Shown: positions 26,695-37,505, numbered from the stretch's first letter. The stretch is 64,000 bases of DNA from Candidatus Moraniibacteriota bacterium (GCA_018061645.1 JAGOTT010000001.1:65090-129089); one strand, 5' to 3'. Notes: generated by a model not told the origin, from the sequence alone. Numbers and translations are program-made.

Positions 26695-27999
26695 ATGATT
26701 TCATCTGCATCGGTAAAACAAAAATTCTTCCGTCTTGCGGAGATTATACATCTCCGTCTTTTCGGGCATGGGATGGGTGAGGAGATGCGAAAATTTCTCG
26801 GAAATCTCTCGTGGTCGTTTTTCGGTGGCGTAATCGCCGCCGGGATCATGTTCGCCGTCAATATCCTTGCCGGCCGCTGGCTCGGTCCGGAGGAGTATGG
26901 GAAGTATAATCTTGTTTTTCTGATGGCGCAGGTGTTTTTCATTCCGATGCTGCTTGGAATGGATGTTTCTGCTGCGCGAGCGGTTTCGATCGCCGATGCG
27001 AACAAGGAAAAAATCAGTCGGATAATCTCCGGGTCGGTATTCGTCGTACTCGGCTCGATTGCCGTGACTGTTCCACTGCTCTTTTTCGGAAGCGATCATA
27101 TAGCTGAATTTTTTTCCGCGACCTCGGATATGGTGCTTATCGCGATATTTTTTGCTGTAGCGATAGCACTGAAAGCGCTTTTCGACGGCGCAGTGAGAGG
27201 ACTTCATTTTTTCCGTTTTCAGGCGATGACGAGAATGTTTGAAGGAATCGTGGGGATGATAATCTTTCTCGCCGCGTTTTTTTTTCTTCGCGACCACCTC
27301 TCTCTCGCCTTCTCGGTCGTCATTTCCGCGCTGCTTGTTTCTTCGATATATGTACTGAAGATGTGGGTGTTTTTTTCAGGATTTAGCATCGCATCGATAC
27401 GTGAACTTCTGCGGTACGCGAAATTTGTTGTTATCGGATCCGTGATAACGCTTATTCTCGGATATGGCGATCGCTACGTCGTGAATCGCTACCTCGGTAT
27501 CGAAGAACTCGGAATATATTCGGCCTATTACACTGCTACCATTCTTGTCGTAGGGCAATTTATCGCGATATTCGCGAATGTCTTTTTTCCGATGATCGCA
27601 AAGGTCGGAGAAAAGCGGGAAATAATGAAAAAGCTCGACCGCCTCGTCCTTATCGGGATCATCCCCGCAGTCGCGGGAATCTTTGTGATCGGTTTTCTCA
27701 TTCTCAAGCTCTTCGGCAGCGCTTATGCTGTTGATCCGCTTACGCTTCTCCTTTTCGGAGTGGTCGCGGCTCTCCAGTTCTTTGTTTCGTTTTACTCCGG
27801 TATGGTGAACGCGCATAACGAGCGGACATATTTCTGGGGACTCACTTTTTTTGCCATGAGAGCGATCGTCTATGCGGCCTACATCGTCGCGCTTATCGCT
27901 ACCAATTCGGTTACCGTTTCCGCTATTCTTGCCGGTCTTATCGTCAACTATGTTGTCGATATGTTGAATCTCCGTTATATTATAAGGAAATATGCCTGA
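26695..27999 (+). CDS. Oligosaccharide/polysaccharide flippase (Wzx-like, MOP superfamily)
   Basis: 434 aa (start may be at Met ~26773); LGPEEYGKYNLV motif; ~12 TM helices. Confidence 0.7.
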   Translation: MISSASVKQKFFRLAEIIHLRLFGHGMGEEMRKFLGNLSWSFFGGVIAAGIMFAVNILAGRWLGPEEYGKYNLVFLMAQVFFIPMLLGMDVSAARAVSIADANKEKISRIISGSVFVVLGSIAVTVPLLFFGSDHIAEFFSATSDMVLIAIFFAVAIALKALFDGAVRGLHFFRFQAMTRMFEGIVGMIIFLAAFFFLRDHLSLAFSVVISALLVSSIYVLKMWVFFSGFSIASIRELLRYAKFVVIGSVITLILGYGDRYVVNRYLGIEELGIYSAYYTATILVVGQFIAIFANVFFPMIAKVGEKREIMKKLDRLVLIGIIPAVAGIFVIGFLILKLFGSAYAVDPLTLLLFGVVAALQFFVSFYSGMVNAHNERTYFWGLTFFAMRAIVYAAYIVALIATNSVTVSAILAGLIVNYVVDMLNLRYIIRKYA

Positions 28000-29104
28000 A
28001 TACGATATCGTCATCATCGGAGCGGGAATTTCCGGCGCGACACTCGCCGAGCGGTACGCGTCGTCCGGAAAGCGTGTTTTGGTCGTCGAAAAACGTGACC
28101 ATATCGGCGGGAATTGCTATGACCATGAAAACGAGGATGGCATCCTTGTTTCGGAGTATGGCGCGCACCTCTTTCATACCAATCATGAGGACGTCTGGGA
28201 ATACGTGAATCGGTTTTCCGAATGGTATCCGTACGAGCACCGCGTGCTTTCTTCGGTTGACGGAAAACTCGTTCCTGTTCCGGTGAATATCGATACGGTG
28301 AACGCGCTTTTCGATATGAACATCGAAACGGAGCAGGAGATGCAAGAATGGCTCGAAGAGAACACGGAGAAGATAGAAGATCCGAAAAACAGCGAGGAGT
28401 CGGCTTTGCGGCGAGTCGGGAAGGTTCTTTATGAGAAAATGTTCAAGAACTACACGAAGAAACAGTGGGACATGTGGCCGAGCGAGCTCGAGGCGTCCGT
28501 GATGGACCGGATTCCTGTCCGGACGAATCATGACGATCGATATTTTTCCGACGCACACCAGGCGCTCCCGAAAGAGGGGTATGCCAGGATATTCGAAAGG
28601 ATGCTCGATCATCCGAACATCACTGTCAGACTCGGGGTGACATACGAAGATATCAAAAAGGATATCGGTGGATTTGAAAAACTTTTCTTCACGGGACCGA
28701 TAGACCAGTTTTTCGACTACAAATTCGGGGAAAAACTCCAGTATCGATCGCTCCGGTTCGAGTGGGAAACGCACGACAAGGAGATTTATCAGAATAATTC
28801 CGTCATCAACTATCCGTCGCTCGATATTCCCTATACTCGCATCATCGAATACAAGCACTTCACCGGACAGAAACATCCGAAGACGGTGATCTCCAGGGAA
28901 TACAGCTCTTGGGAAGGGGAACCGTACTACCCCGTCCCGAGCGAGCGCAACCGGCGAATATATGCCAAATATCAGGCGGAAGCGGAAAAATTGGAAAAGG
29001 AAGGTATATACTTCGTCGGTCGCCTCGCGAACTACAAGTATTTCAATATGGATCAGGCTTTCAAGAATGCCTTGGATCTTTTTAAAAAATTAGAAAATGA
29101 ATAG
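27992..29104 (+). CDS. glf: UDP-galactopyranose mutase
   Basis: MPEYDIVIIGAGISGATLAE FAD motif, GGNCYDHENEDGILVSEYGAHLFHTN; 370 aa. Confidence 0.9.
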   Translation: MPEYDIVIIGAGISGATLAERYASSGKRVLVVEKRDHIGGNCYDHENEDGILVSEYGAHLFHTNHEDVWEYVNRFSEWYPYEHRVLSSVDGKLVPVPVNIDTVNALFDMNIETEQEMQEWLEENTEKIEDPKNSEESALRRVGKVLYEKMFKNYTKKQWDMWPSELEASVMDRIPVRTNHDDRYFSDAHQALPKEGYARIFERMLDHPNITVRLGVTYEDIKKDIGGFEKLFFTGPIDQFFDYKFGEKLQYRSLRFEWETHDKEIYQNNSVINYPSLDIPYTRIIEYKHFTGQKHPKTVISREYSSWEGEPYYPVPSERNRRIYAKYQAEAEKLEKEGIYFVGRLANYKYFNMDQAFKNALDLFKKLENE

Positions 29105-29115
29105 AGGGTAAAATT

Positions 29116-30342
29116 ATGAAACTATTAATAGTTGCGCCAGATTTTTATCCGACTAACGGTGGATATGCCAATGCCATAAGCAATTTTTTTGATTGCCTCT
29201 CTCGGGATGATAGTAATATACAGATAACAGTCTTTACCCCAACGCCGATTGGGTCCAATGTTGAAATTCAAAGGAATAATGTGCTAATTTTAAGATTCCC
29301 TTTTAATAGGGCGTTGATGCCGTTTAAAGTTTGGGAAATTGTAGCTTATTTTAAGATAAGAAAATTTCTTAAAAAAAATGCGATAGACGTTGTGTTTTTT
29401 GAAACAGCTGAGTTTGGGCTGCTTGGATATTTATTGTCTATTTCTTTCAAGAAGGTTCTTGTGAGAATCCATGCTTGTACTGAGACAGAGGTAGCTATAT
29501 GGGGAACGCGCTTGTATGACAAAATCCATTCCTTTTTTATAAAGTTGTTTTTGAAAAAAGTAAAATGGATTTTGTCTACGAATAGCTATCATTTAGGATT
29601 CTATAAAAAATATTTTCTAATGGATGACGTATATAAAATTGCAAGCAAGGTTTTTTTTGTAGTTCCGAATACCGTTGTTGCTGATCCTGGAAACGAACAG
29701 CTAACCATAAGAGCAGTGAGAGAGACGGAGCTGTTTCCTAAATATGAAATTTTTTTGAAGCAGGGCCAGCGAATTTTTTTTGGTCTTGGGAGACTTAACC
29801 GAGTTGGATTGATGCAGAAAGGATTTGAGGATTTAATTTATGCAGTGTCCTTTATTAAAACTGAGGATGAGTATCTCTATAATAAAATAAAGATTGTTTT
29901 GGTTGGTGACGGTGAATGTAGAAAATACATTACAAATCTGATTAATAAACTCGAGCTCAGTGAGGCTTTTGTGATAATATCAAAAATGGAGCATAAGGAT
30001 GTACTTGCTTTTATGCATGAGTCTTCCGCTACCATGCTCTTTTCTCGATTTGAGGGGCTATCAATGTTTGCGTTGGAGGCATTGCACTCGGGGTCGCCAC
30101 TGCTGTTTGCTAGGAGTGGTGGTATAAGCGATCTTATTGGCGATAGCGGGAATGGACACCTGACCGATCCGCAGGATATTGACGGGATAAAAGATGGCAT
30201 AAAGAAAATCCTTCGTAGTACCGAAGGAGAGATAGAAGAAATGCGAAAGAAATCGCGCTCTCACTTTAATGAGAACTATGCGTCGGAAAAAACTATTAAA
30301 AAATTTATCAATATAATTAACTTGGTAAATAAATGTTACTAG
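29116..30342 (+). CDS. Glycosyltransferase family 4 (low-GC cassette)
   Basis: MKLLIVAPDFYPTNGGYANA; C-terminal EGLSMFALEALHSGSPL; AT-rich codon usage unlike neighbours. Confidence 0.75.
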   Translation: MKLLIVAPDFYPTNGGYANAISNFFDCLSRDDSNIQITVFTPTPIGSNVEIQRNNVLILRFPFNRALMPFKVWEIVAYFKIRKFLKKNAIDVVFFETAEFGLLGYLLSISFKKVLVRIHACTETEVAIWGTRLYDKIHSFFIKLFLKKVKWILSTNSYHLGFYKKYFLMDDVYKIASKVFFVVPNTVVADPGNEQLTIRAVRETELFPKYEIFLKQGQRIFFGLGRLNRVGLMQKGFEDLIYAVSFIKTEDEYLYNKIKIVLVGDGECRKYITNLINKLELSEAFVIISKMEHKDVLAFMHESSATMLFSRFEGLSMFALEALHSGSPLLFARSGGISDLIGDSGNGHLTDPQDIDGIKDGIKKILRSTEGEIEEMRKKSRSHFNENYASEKTIKKFINIINLVNKCY

Positions 30343-30346
30343 ATAT

Positions 30347-31174
30347 ATGGAAGAATACGAAAGTTCCTACACTAAAAAGAACCACTTCAGTTTTGGGAAA
30401 AACTGGAGCAAATTTCTGAAATCATTAAATGATGAAAAGATAGACGAGGCGAAGAAATCGCTCATTGAATTTTTTGGTGAAACTCGAACTATCAAAGGAA
30501 AGACGTTTATAGATATTGGATGCGGGAGTGGACTATTTTCTTTAGCTGCTTATCTACTTGGTGCTGAAAAGGTAGTGAGTGTTGATGTCGATCGCTTCTC
30601 TGTTTCGTGCGCAAAGTATTTGAGAGAGAAGTCTGGAAATCCTAATAATTGGAAGATTTTACAGGGCTCTGCTTTGGATGAGAGTTTTATAAAATCTTTA
30701 GGAAAGTTTGACATTGTTTATTCTTGGGGGGTTCTTCACCATACCGGGGATATGTATAGAGCGTTCGGCAATGTCATTAATTTAATAAAAGATGATGGAA
30801 TCTTTTATCTTGCCATCTACAATAAATTTGAGAAGAGATTCAGGGGAGGGACTTCTCGTAGCTGGCTAAAAATAAAGAAAATCTATAATAAATCCGGCAA
30901 CACAACCAAGCAAATTTTAAATCTGGTTTATGCAACCTACTTGTTGCTTGTAAGGTCTGTTCTTCTGGAGAATCCGGGTAGATACATTAAAGAATATAAG
31001 ACACTTCGCGGAATGGACTTTTTTACTGACGTAAAAGACTGGTTGGGTGGCTATCCTTACGAATTTGCTACTGTTGATGAAATTGCTGATTTTTTTAAAA
31101 AGAAGGGGCTGCTAATTGAAAAGGTGAAGCCCATAATCGGGACTGGGTGTAATGAATTTTTGCTAAAAAAATAA
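30347..31174 (+). CDS. Class I SAM-dependent methyltransferase (low-GC cassette)
   Basis: motif I FIDIGCGSGLFSLAAYLLGA, VVSVDVD. Confidence 0.75.
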   Translation: MEEYESSYTKKNHFSFGKNWSKFLKSLNDEKIDEAKKSLIEFFGETRTIKGKTFIDIGCGSGLFSLAAYLLGAEKVVSVDVDRFSVSCAKYLREKSGNPNNWKILQGSALDESFIKSLGKFDIVYSWGVLHHTGDMYRAFGNVINLIKDDGIFYLAIYNKFEKRFRGGTSRSWLKIKKIYNKSGNTTKQILNLVYATYLLLVRSVLLENPGRYIKEYKTLRGMDFFTDVKDWLGGYPYEFATVDEIADFFKKKGLLIEKVKPIIGTGCNEFLLKK

Positions 31175-31193
31175 AGATTATTTTTATGTCAAG

Positions 31194-32315
31194 TCACTCT
31201 AATTCTGCGTAGAATACAGAGTAATGTTCTGCTATAGACTGCTTATCAAATAGTTTTTTAGCCTCTTCCTTCGCATTCCTCCCTAAGTTTTCCCGGAGCT
31301 CTTTTTTATCCGTAAGTAGCTCTATTGCGCTTGTGATAGCGGGTGCATTTTTTACTGTTACCAGAAAGCCCGTTGATTGATCCTTGATTAGGGCTCTATT
31401 TTCGGAGAGATCCGTTGTGATAATGGCTTTCCCTGATATCATTGCTTCGATGATGGCATTGCTCATTCCCTCTCCCTCGGTTGGTAAGACGAAGATATCA
31501 GTGATAGTAAGAATTTCCGGAACATCAGTTCGGTTCCCGAGGAATTTTATCGAATCTCTTGATTTGTAGCCCGATGCTTGTTTTTTTAGTTCTTCTTCTT
31601 TTTCTCCATCACCAACAAGAAGGAGAACCGCGTCCTCTTGTTTTTGAAAGATTTCTTCAAACGCAGCAAGGAGATATTCGTGCCCTTTCTTTCTTCTGAG
31701 TCTGCTGACGCAACTAATGACGAAGGCGTCTTCGGGGATTCCAAGAGAGGTTTTTTTCTTTGCTTTATTGATGTCTACCTGAAATTGGCTAGCGTCAATG
31801 CCATTTGGAATTACTGTAAACTTCTTTTCATTGGGAAGATGAAGTCTTCCCATCCATTCCTTCTTCGCTTTTTCAGTCTGCACCAGATAGTGAGTGACAA
31901 GTCCTTTTGTCAACCGGTCGAAGAAAGCGAGCCATTCCCATTGAAGCAGGAGACCTCTTTTTGATGAAACAATTTTTTTTATTCCAAAAAGTCTTCCGAG
32001 AACCCGTCCATAGAGATCGGCATGGATAAGATAAGTGACGAGAATATCAGGCTGAAATTCTCGAATAACTCTGTAGAAACGGTACATGACACCAAGGTCA
32101 AAGAGACCACGGAATTCGAGATAATGTACAGGGACGCCTTTTTCTTCCAGCTGTCTTCCAATAGGACCATGCCCCCTAACGCAGCAGACACGATTCTCGT
32201 GGTAGCCTTGAAGCTCAGGAAGAATCCGAAGGAGTTGTGTTTCCGCACCTCCAATTTCGAGACCACTTATGAGATGAAGTATCTTCCTTTTTTCTTGCAT
32301 ATATATTCTAGTCAA
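31194..32315 (-). CDS. Glycosyltransferase family 4 (low-GC cassette)
   Basis: ILHLISGLEIGGAETQLL N-terminus; C-terminal EGEGMSNAIIEAMISGKAII. Confidence 0.8.
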   Translation of the reverse strand: MTRIYMQEKRKILHLISGLEIGGAETQLLRILPELQGYHENRVCCVRGHGPIGRQLEEKGVPVHYLEFRGLFDLGVMYRFYRVIREFQPDILVTYLIHADLYGRVLGRLFGIKKIVSSKRGLLLQWEWLAFFDRLTKGLVTHYLVQTEKAKKEWMGRLHLPNEKKFTVIPNGIDASQFQVDINKAKKKTSLGIPEDAFVISCVSRLRRKKGHEYLLAAFEEIFQKQEDAVLLLVGDGEKEEELKKQASGYKSRDSIKFLGNRTDVPEILTITDIFVLPTEGEGMSNAIIEAMISGKAIITTDLSENRALIKDQSTGFLVTVKNAPAITSAIELLTDKKELRENLGRNAKEEAKKLFDKQSIAEHYSVFYAELE

Positions 32316-34197
32316 AATACTCCTGGAACCAGAGTTCGAGGGTTATGAGCGCCCAGATATGATAACCGAAATCGACGTTTGTTGTGCAATGTCTATCAAG
32401 GAGTGACTTAACGGATTCTTTCTTGAAAATACCTCTATTTATCGCCTTATCTGAGAGAAGGGTTTGATAGGCATAGTCTTTCAGTTCACCACGGAACCAC
32501 CCGTGTATCGGAATCCCGAATCCCATCTTCGGACGAAACATGACCTCGTCGGGGATGATGCCGCGAAGCGCTTCTTTCAGGATATATTTCTTATTGTTTC
32601 TTCCTTTGAGCTTGAGATGAAAGGGGATTTTCGCCGTAAGCTCGAGAAGTTCATGATCGAGAAATGGGGAGCGCCCTTCGAGGGCGACCGCCATGGTGTC
32701 GATATCGACTTTGACCATGAGATCGTCGGGGAGATAGGTCGCGAAGTCGGCATAGACGGCCTGCTCCGCCCTGCTTCGGCTTCCGGATTCGGCGAATCGA
32801 TCGGCGACGATGCGATAGGAATCCGAATGCTTCATTTTCTCACGGAAGTCATCCGTATAGAGTTCGTCCTTCATCTCGTTCGTGAAATAGCAGATATAGT
32901 CCACATATCGGTAGTCGTAGGGCTTCGAGAGGCTCTCGGCGAAACGATGCGCACGGTCGAGGAATGTCGTTTTGAATGCTTTCGCGGCAAGCGCCGTCGC
33001 GGGGAGCGCGAGCGTCTTATGGAGGAGCATCAGCTTGTCGTAGGCGAGGGCGAACTTGTGTATGCTGTAGCGTCCATATCCGGCGAAGTTCTCGTCACCG
33101 CCGTCACCGTTCAGAGCCACCGTGACGTGCTCGCGGGTGAGCTTGGAGACATAGTAGGTCGGAAGGGCGCTCGAGTCGGCATAGGGCTCCTCGTACTGTT
33201 TGACGAGCATGGGGAGGAGGTCGATCGCGTGCGGTTCGACGATGAATTCGGTATGCTCGGTCTTGAACCAGTCCGCGATCATCCGGGCGTAGGGGAGCTC
33301 ATTGTACTTCTCTTCCTTGAAGCCGATGGAAAAGGTCTTGATGGGTTTGTCGGAGTGCCGCGCCATCATGGCGACGACCGCACTCGAATCCACGCCTCCG
33401 GACAGGAAGGCGCCGATCGGCACGTCGGAAATCATGCGGAGGCGGGTCGATTCGTCGAGCTTGTCGATGATCCGCTTCTTCCATTCGCTTTCCGGGAAAT
33501 CGAGTTTTTCGGAGTAATCGAGTTTCCAGTAGCGCTTGTTTTCGAGCGTTCCGGTCGCAAGGTCGAGTGAGAGGAAATGCGCCGGCTCGAGCTTCTTGAT
33601 GTCCTTGAATCCGGTGAGCGGGGCGGGGACATACTGAAGAGTCAGATAGTGATGGATCGCCTCGTAGTCAGGCTCCCGGACATATTCCGGCTGGGTGAGG
33701 ATGGCTTTCAGTTCGGATGCGAACATGAAGATTTTTCCGTCGAAGAAATACTTGAACGGTTTTTTGCCGACACGGTCCCGGGCGGCGAAGATGGTTCGTT
33801 CCTGCTCGTCGTAGATTGCAAAGGCGAACATCCCACGAAGGTGGTCGAGACACTTTTCACGATATTTGTCGAAAAGCGCGAGGATGACCTCGGTGTCGGA
33901 GTGGGAGGCGAAAGTGTAGCCCTCCTTTTCAAGCATTGCGCGCTTCTCCTGAAAGTTGTAGACCTCGCCGTTGAAGACGATTTCGTAGCGGTCGAGATAC
34001 CGCATCGGCTGGTGCCCGAGCGGTGAGAGGTCGATGATGGAAAGGCGTCGGTGGCCGAGACCGACCTTGTGATCGGGCGAGACGTATACGCCGCCGTCAT
34101 CCGGACCGCGATGCCTGATGGCCTCGTTCATCGTCTCGACTTCTTCGGTCGAGATTTCCTTGTTTGTGAGGGAGATTTTTCCGGCAATACCGCACAT
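32308..34197 (-). CDS. asnB: Asparagine synthase (glutamine-hydrolysing), AsnB/WbpS-like amidotransferase
   Basis: start set at MCGIAG (Cys2 nucleophile); SGGVDSS PP-loop motif; 629 aa. Confidence 0.85.
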   Translation of the reverse strand: MCGIAGKISLTNKEISTEEVETMNEAIRHRGPDDGGVYVSPDHKVGLGHRRLSIIDLSPLGHQPMRYLDRYEIVFNGEVYNFQEKRAMLEKEGYTFASHSDTEVILALFDKYREKCLDHLRGMFAFAIYDEQERTIFAARDRVGKKPFKYFFDGKIFMFASELKAILTQPEYVREPDYEAIHHYLTLQYVPAPLTGFKDIKKLEPAHFLSLDLATGTLENKRYWKLDYSEKLDFPESEWKKRIIDKLDESTRLRMISDVPIGAFLSGGVDSSAVVAMMARHSDKPIKTFSIGFKEEKYNELPYARMIADWFKTEHTEFIVEPHAIDLLPMLVKQYEEPYADSSALPTYYVSKLTREHVTVALNGDGGDENFAGYGRYSIHKFALAYDKLMLLHKTLALPATALAAKAFKTTFLDRAHRFAESLSKPYDYRYVDYICYFTNEMKDELYTDDFREKMKHSDSYRIVADRFAESGSRSRAEQAVYADFATYLPDDLMVKVDIDTMAVALEGRSPFLDHELLELTAKIPFHLKLKGRNNKKYILKEALRGIIPDEVMFRPKMGFGIPIHGWFRGELKDYAYQTLLSDKAINRGIFKKESVKSLLDRHCTTNVDFGYHIWALITLELWFQEYFD

Positions 34198-34202
34198 ATC
34201 AG

Positions 34203-34231
34203 TGAACAGCGAACAATTAACAGTCAACAGG
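34203..34231. repeat. Family-2 repeat copy (aacaattaacagtcaacag)
   Basis: 19-mer identical to reverse complement of 40281-40299. Confidence 0.65.
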
Positions 34232-34238
34232 AGCACTG

Positions 34239-34264
34239 GATTCCCGCCTTCGCGGGAATGACAG
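34239..34264. repeat. Family-1 repeat half-element, self-complementary hairpin
   Basis: ggattcccgccttcgcgggaatgaca. Confidence 0.6.
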
Positions 34265-34281
34265 CCTGAGGAGCATGGGCG

Positions 34282-36345
34282 CTAGCGTACTTTCCAAATA
34301 TACACGCCGTCCTGTTCATAAACAAGCGGATACGCATCGTTGAATTTCTCAATATTCGCGCCATAAGCGTTTTCACGCATCCACCATTCACGCTCGCGAT
34401 ATATCGTATCGAATTTATCGAAGGAATAGACGACATATTTCGGCTGGTCGACGAGCTTGCCCAACGCATCTATTTCCTTCTCCGTTTTTTTGAGAATCGC
34501 CTTCTGTTTCTGTATTTCGTCGGCGAATTCGAAGAACGATATCCTGTTTTCGGTGTATTGATTCACGAGCGAGTCTATCTCCGCATTTCGCCCCACGACA
34601 GAGCGACTGAGTTTTTCTATTTCCGCTTTCGGATCTTGTTCGAGGACTTCCTTTGCGAGAAAATATTCGGGGCCGATCGGAATATCCGTTCGCTCGGCAA
34701 AAAATGCGATCATCGGCCCGTTTGCGGCCTGGGTGATGAACGAGGAGTTCTTCGTCGTGTGTTCGCGGATCCACATCGCGGCACGGTATTCCGATTCCGA
34801 TGTAAGGGCCTTTTTGTGTGATGCGATATAGAACGAACCCGCGATGCCGATGACACAGAGCGCCATGAAGGACAGCAGAATCGTTTTTGACCGCATCGGA
34901 TATTTCTCCGATACATATTTCAAAATCGGGATGGAAGCAATGACCAGGAGTATATCCATGAGAAGCCAGAATCGTTCAGGAAGATAGAGATGATTGAGTC
35001 GCGGCAGAATTTCCGCGAACATGAAAAGGACGAGGAGGAGCGGGAGTATGATCCGTATCAACGGATCTTTCATAAATGGAATTTTCCTTGCAAGACCGAA
35101 AACGAGCGCGACGGCTATGAACACAAGTGCCGGGCTGAAATAATAGGCGTAATATTTCGCCGCACCGGTCACTCCCGGCCAGCCCATCTGGAGACCCGCG
35201 CCATCGCTTGAATAGTTTCCGATAAACCACAAACGCCATGCGGATATGTCGGAGACGTGAAGAAGAATGTTCCAGGCCGTAGCGATGGTCCCTTGCAATG
35301 TGCCTATTTCCCGAGAAGCAAGTAAACTAAGAAGCCCGAAACAGGCGACGACAAGTGCGGCGATGATTCTCTGGTCCCGTGTCACGTCGGATGAAAGGGC
35401 TCTCCGCATGAAGACAAGCCCGATCCATGCGGCATAGGTAAGAAGTGGAAAGACGAAGAACTCGTGATAGTTCATTCCTCCTATGGCGATAATGGAGGCC
35501 AACAGGAAAAATGCAATCTTCTTTTCCGTGAAAAATCTGAATGCGAAGTAGACGAGAATCGGAAGGAAAATGATGACAACATTCTGTGGGCGAGTCATGT
35601 CGATTTCCATATTGATCACCGGCACGGATAGCGCGAGGAGATAGATGACGGCTTCGACGGATTTTTTCTTGACATCCGATAGACGGATGAGTCGTGAAAG
35701 GACAAGAAGAAGACTTGTTTGCAATGCTATGAGGATAAATGTAAAAAGAGTATAGAGTTGTATCCCTGAGAAGGTCGCGAGTACACCGATTGAGGAGTAG
35801 AAAAATCCTCGGTATTCCTGAGCCACGTCCTGGTCCTCCAGTCCTTTTTCCAGCTTGATGAGATCGGTATACCCGTCCCACTCCGGCATGAATCCGTAGA
35901 AATGATAGTTGGTCGCATGAAGGAAGAGGAATCCCGCGAGCGCGGCGAGCAGGATACCGTTGCGCTTGTTCAAAACCTGATTCAAATTGATGGCAATCTC
36001 ATCACCACGATTCAGTTTCGTCGCGACAAGGGCGCAGGCGAAAATGACGAGGTTCGCGATGAGTATATTTTCTGTCGAAATCCTGATTCCAGCAGACTGG
36101 TTGAGAAAGAAGAAAAGAGGGGAGTAGAGGAAAAAGTAAAATGTAAGAAACGCGAAATATTTTTCGATGATCGAAAATGACGATATTTTGAACACCTGAA
36201 AGAACGCCATCGGTGTGGCGATGAAGAGGGAAAGCACCCCGGCTACGCCGAGCGCGATTTCTGCACCTGGAGCGTTCTTGGCGAAAAACGCAATCAGGTA
36301 AATTGCGAGCGAAACGACGTTCGCTCGGATGTAGTCGATTCTCAT
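34282..36345 (-). CDS. Polytopic membrane protein with large C-terminal soluble domain (possible GT-C glycosyltransferase or polymerase)
   Basis: 687 aa, >12 TM helices; no confident family assignment. Confidence 0.4.
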   Translation of the reverse strand: MRIDYIRANVVSLAIYLIAFFAKNAPGAEIALGVAGVLSLFIATPMAFFQVFKISSFSIIEKYFAFLTFYFFLYSPLFFFLNQSAGIRISTENILIANLVIFACALVATKLNRGDEIAINLNQVLNKRNGILLAALAGFLFLHATNYHFYGFMPEWDGYTDLIKLEKGLEDQDVAQEYRGFFYSSIGVLATFSGIQLYTLFTFILIALQTSLLLVLSRLIRLSDVKKKSVEAVIYLLALSVPVINMEIDMTRPQNVVIIFLPILVYFAFRFFTEKKIAFFLLASIIAIGGMNYHEFFVFPLLTYAAWIGLVFMRRALSSDVTRDQRIIAALVVACFGLLSLLASREIGTLQGTIATAWNILLHVSDISAWRLWFIGNYSSDGAGLQMGWPGVTGAAKYYAYYFSPALVFIAVALVFGLARKIPFMKDPLIRIILPLLLVLFMFAEILPRLNHLYLPERFWLLMDILLVIASIPILKYVSEKYPMRSKTILLSFMALCVIGIAGSFYIASHKKALTSESEYRAAMWIREHTTKNSSFITQAANGPMIAFFAERTDIPIGPEYFLAKEVLEQDPKAEIEKLSRSVVGRNAEIDSLVNQYTENRISFFEFADEIQKQKAILKKTEKEIDALGKLVDQPKYVVYSFDKFDTIYREREWWMRENAYGANIEKFNDAYPLVYEQDGVYIWKVR

Positions 36346-37505
36346 TTTCGTATCGTTTGGAAGAGCTCAAGGTATTTCCCTATGGATGCATCCCAGGAAA
36401 AACGTTCGCGCACATTTCTTTTGGCCATAGCCGAGAAAGTTTTCCGCTTCGTTTCATCCTGAATAAGTCTTTCGATAGCTGTCCCGATTTCTTTTGCCGA
36501 AGGCTGGCCTATGAGAATGCTGTTTTTGTCGTGTTCGACGATTTCGTCGGCGCCTTCGTTCGGAGTGGCGATGACGGCACATTCGCAATACATCGCCTCG
36601 AGGAGCGACGTGGAGAGCCCGCCGCCCGGAAGTGAGGAGTGAATGTAAATGTCGCTTGCTTTCAGTGTCGCGATCACTTTTGTCCGTTCGAGCCTCCCGG
36701 TCATTTCGATCGGGAGGCCTTTGGAGAGTTTTTTCAAATGACTGAAGTCCTCGCCATCTCCGACGATGAGAAATATGATTTTCGACCTGATATCTTCAGG
36801 AAGTATGCGGATCGCCCCGATGGTATTCTCGATGCCTTTCCACTTATAGAGTCGCGCGGCTGTCGACATGATGATTTTCCCAGGATATCGTTCCTGCATG
36901 GACATATCCGTCGGCACCGCGTCGATAGCATCGAAATCGATCCCGCGATAGATGACAGGGGAATTACGCCAATCGAATTTTTCGACGAATCGTTCCACTG
37001 CCTTGGAAATCGATATGTTCATGTCGGAACATCGAAAGACAATCCTCCCGAAGGTATGATCATATATCTTTGCGACGAATGTGCTGAACGGACTTGAAAG
37101 CCGCACGAAGTCCGACCCATGTTCGATATGGACAAGCGGAATACCTCGCGACTTTGCATACGTGAGAGCGAGGAGTGATGTATTGAAGAATCTGGTTCGT
37201 GATATGACTATGTCCGGGCGTTCTTTCCAGAGCGCGAGAAACATGCGGAAAAACCTCGGCGTGAGGAAGAGTGGAATATATTTCGGGAGAGGATAATTCG
37301 GAATGATCTCGTATGCCGGAAAACGGATGATCCGGATATTTTCACATGGCGATTCCTCTTCCGGGGCATTCGCTGGGAGTCGTGGCGTAAAAACGACGAT
37401 TTCGACACCCTGCCGCGCAAGGTGTCGATTGAATTCTTCGCTATGGCTTTCCAATCCGCCTGTGTGCGGAGGATAGTATGGTGAGAAGACGAGGACTTTC
37501 ATCAA
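36342..37505 (-). CDS. Glycosyltransferase family 4
   Basis: MMKVLVFSPYYPPHTGGLESH N-terminus; GT4 C-domain. Confidence 0.85.
   Translation of the reverse strand: MMKVLVFSPYYPPHTGGLESHSEEFNRHLARQGVEIVVFTPRLPANAPEEESPCENIRIIRFPAYEIIPNYPLPKYIPLFLTPRFFRMFLALWKERPDIVISRTRFFNTSLLALTYAKSRGIPLVHIEHGSDFVRLSSPFSTFVAKIYDHTFGRIVFRCSDMNISISKAVERFVEKFDWRNSPVIYRGIDFDAIDAVPTDMSMQERYPGKIIMSTAARLYKWKGIENTIGAIRILPEDIRSKIIFLIVGDGEDFSHLKKLSKGLPIEMTGRLERTKVIATLKASDIYIHSSLPGGGLSTSLLEAMYCECAVIATPNEGADEIVEHDKNSILIGQPSAKEIGTAIERLIQDETKRKTFSAMAKRNVRERFSWDASIGKYLELFQTIRK

Noticed and set aside
32464-33570. 368-aa plus-strand ORF
   Set aside because: Antisense to asnB, which has the MCGIAG and SGGVDSS motifs on the minus strand.
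34282-36345. Possible oligosaccharyltransferase (STT3/AglB/PglB) because of a WW-x-x-N-x-YG segment (EREWWMRENAYG)
   Set aside because: The motif lies ~35 residues from the C-terminus rather than directly after the last TM helix. The rest of the protein does not resemble STT3, so it is kept as an unassigned polytopic membrane protein.
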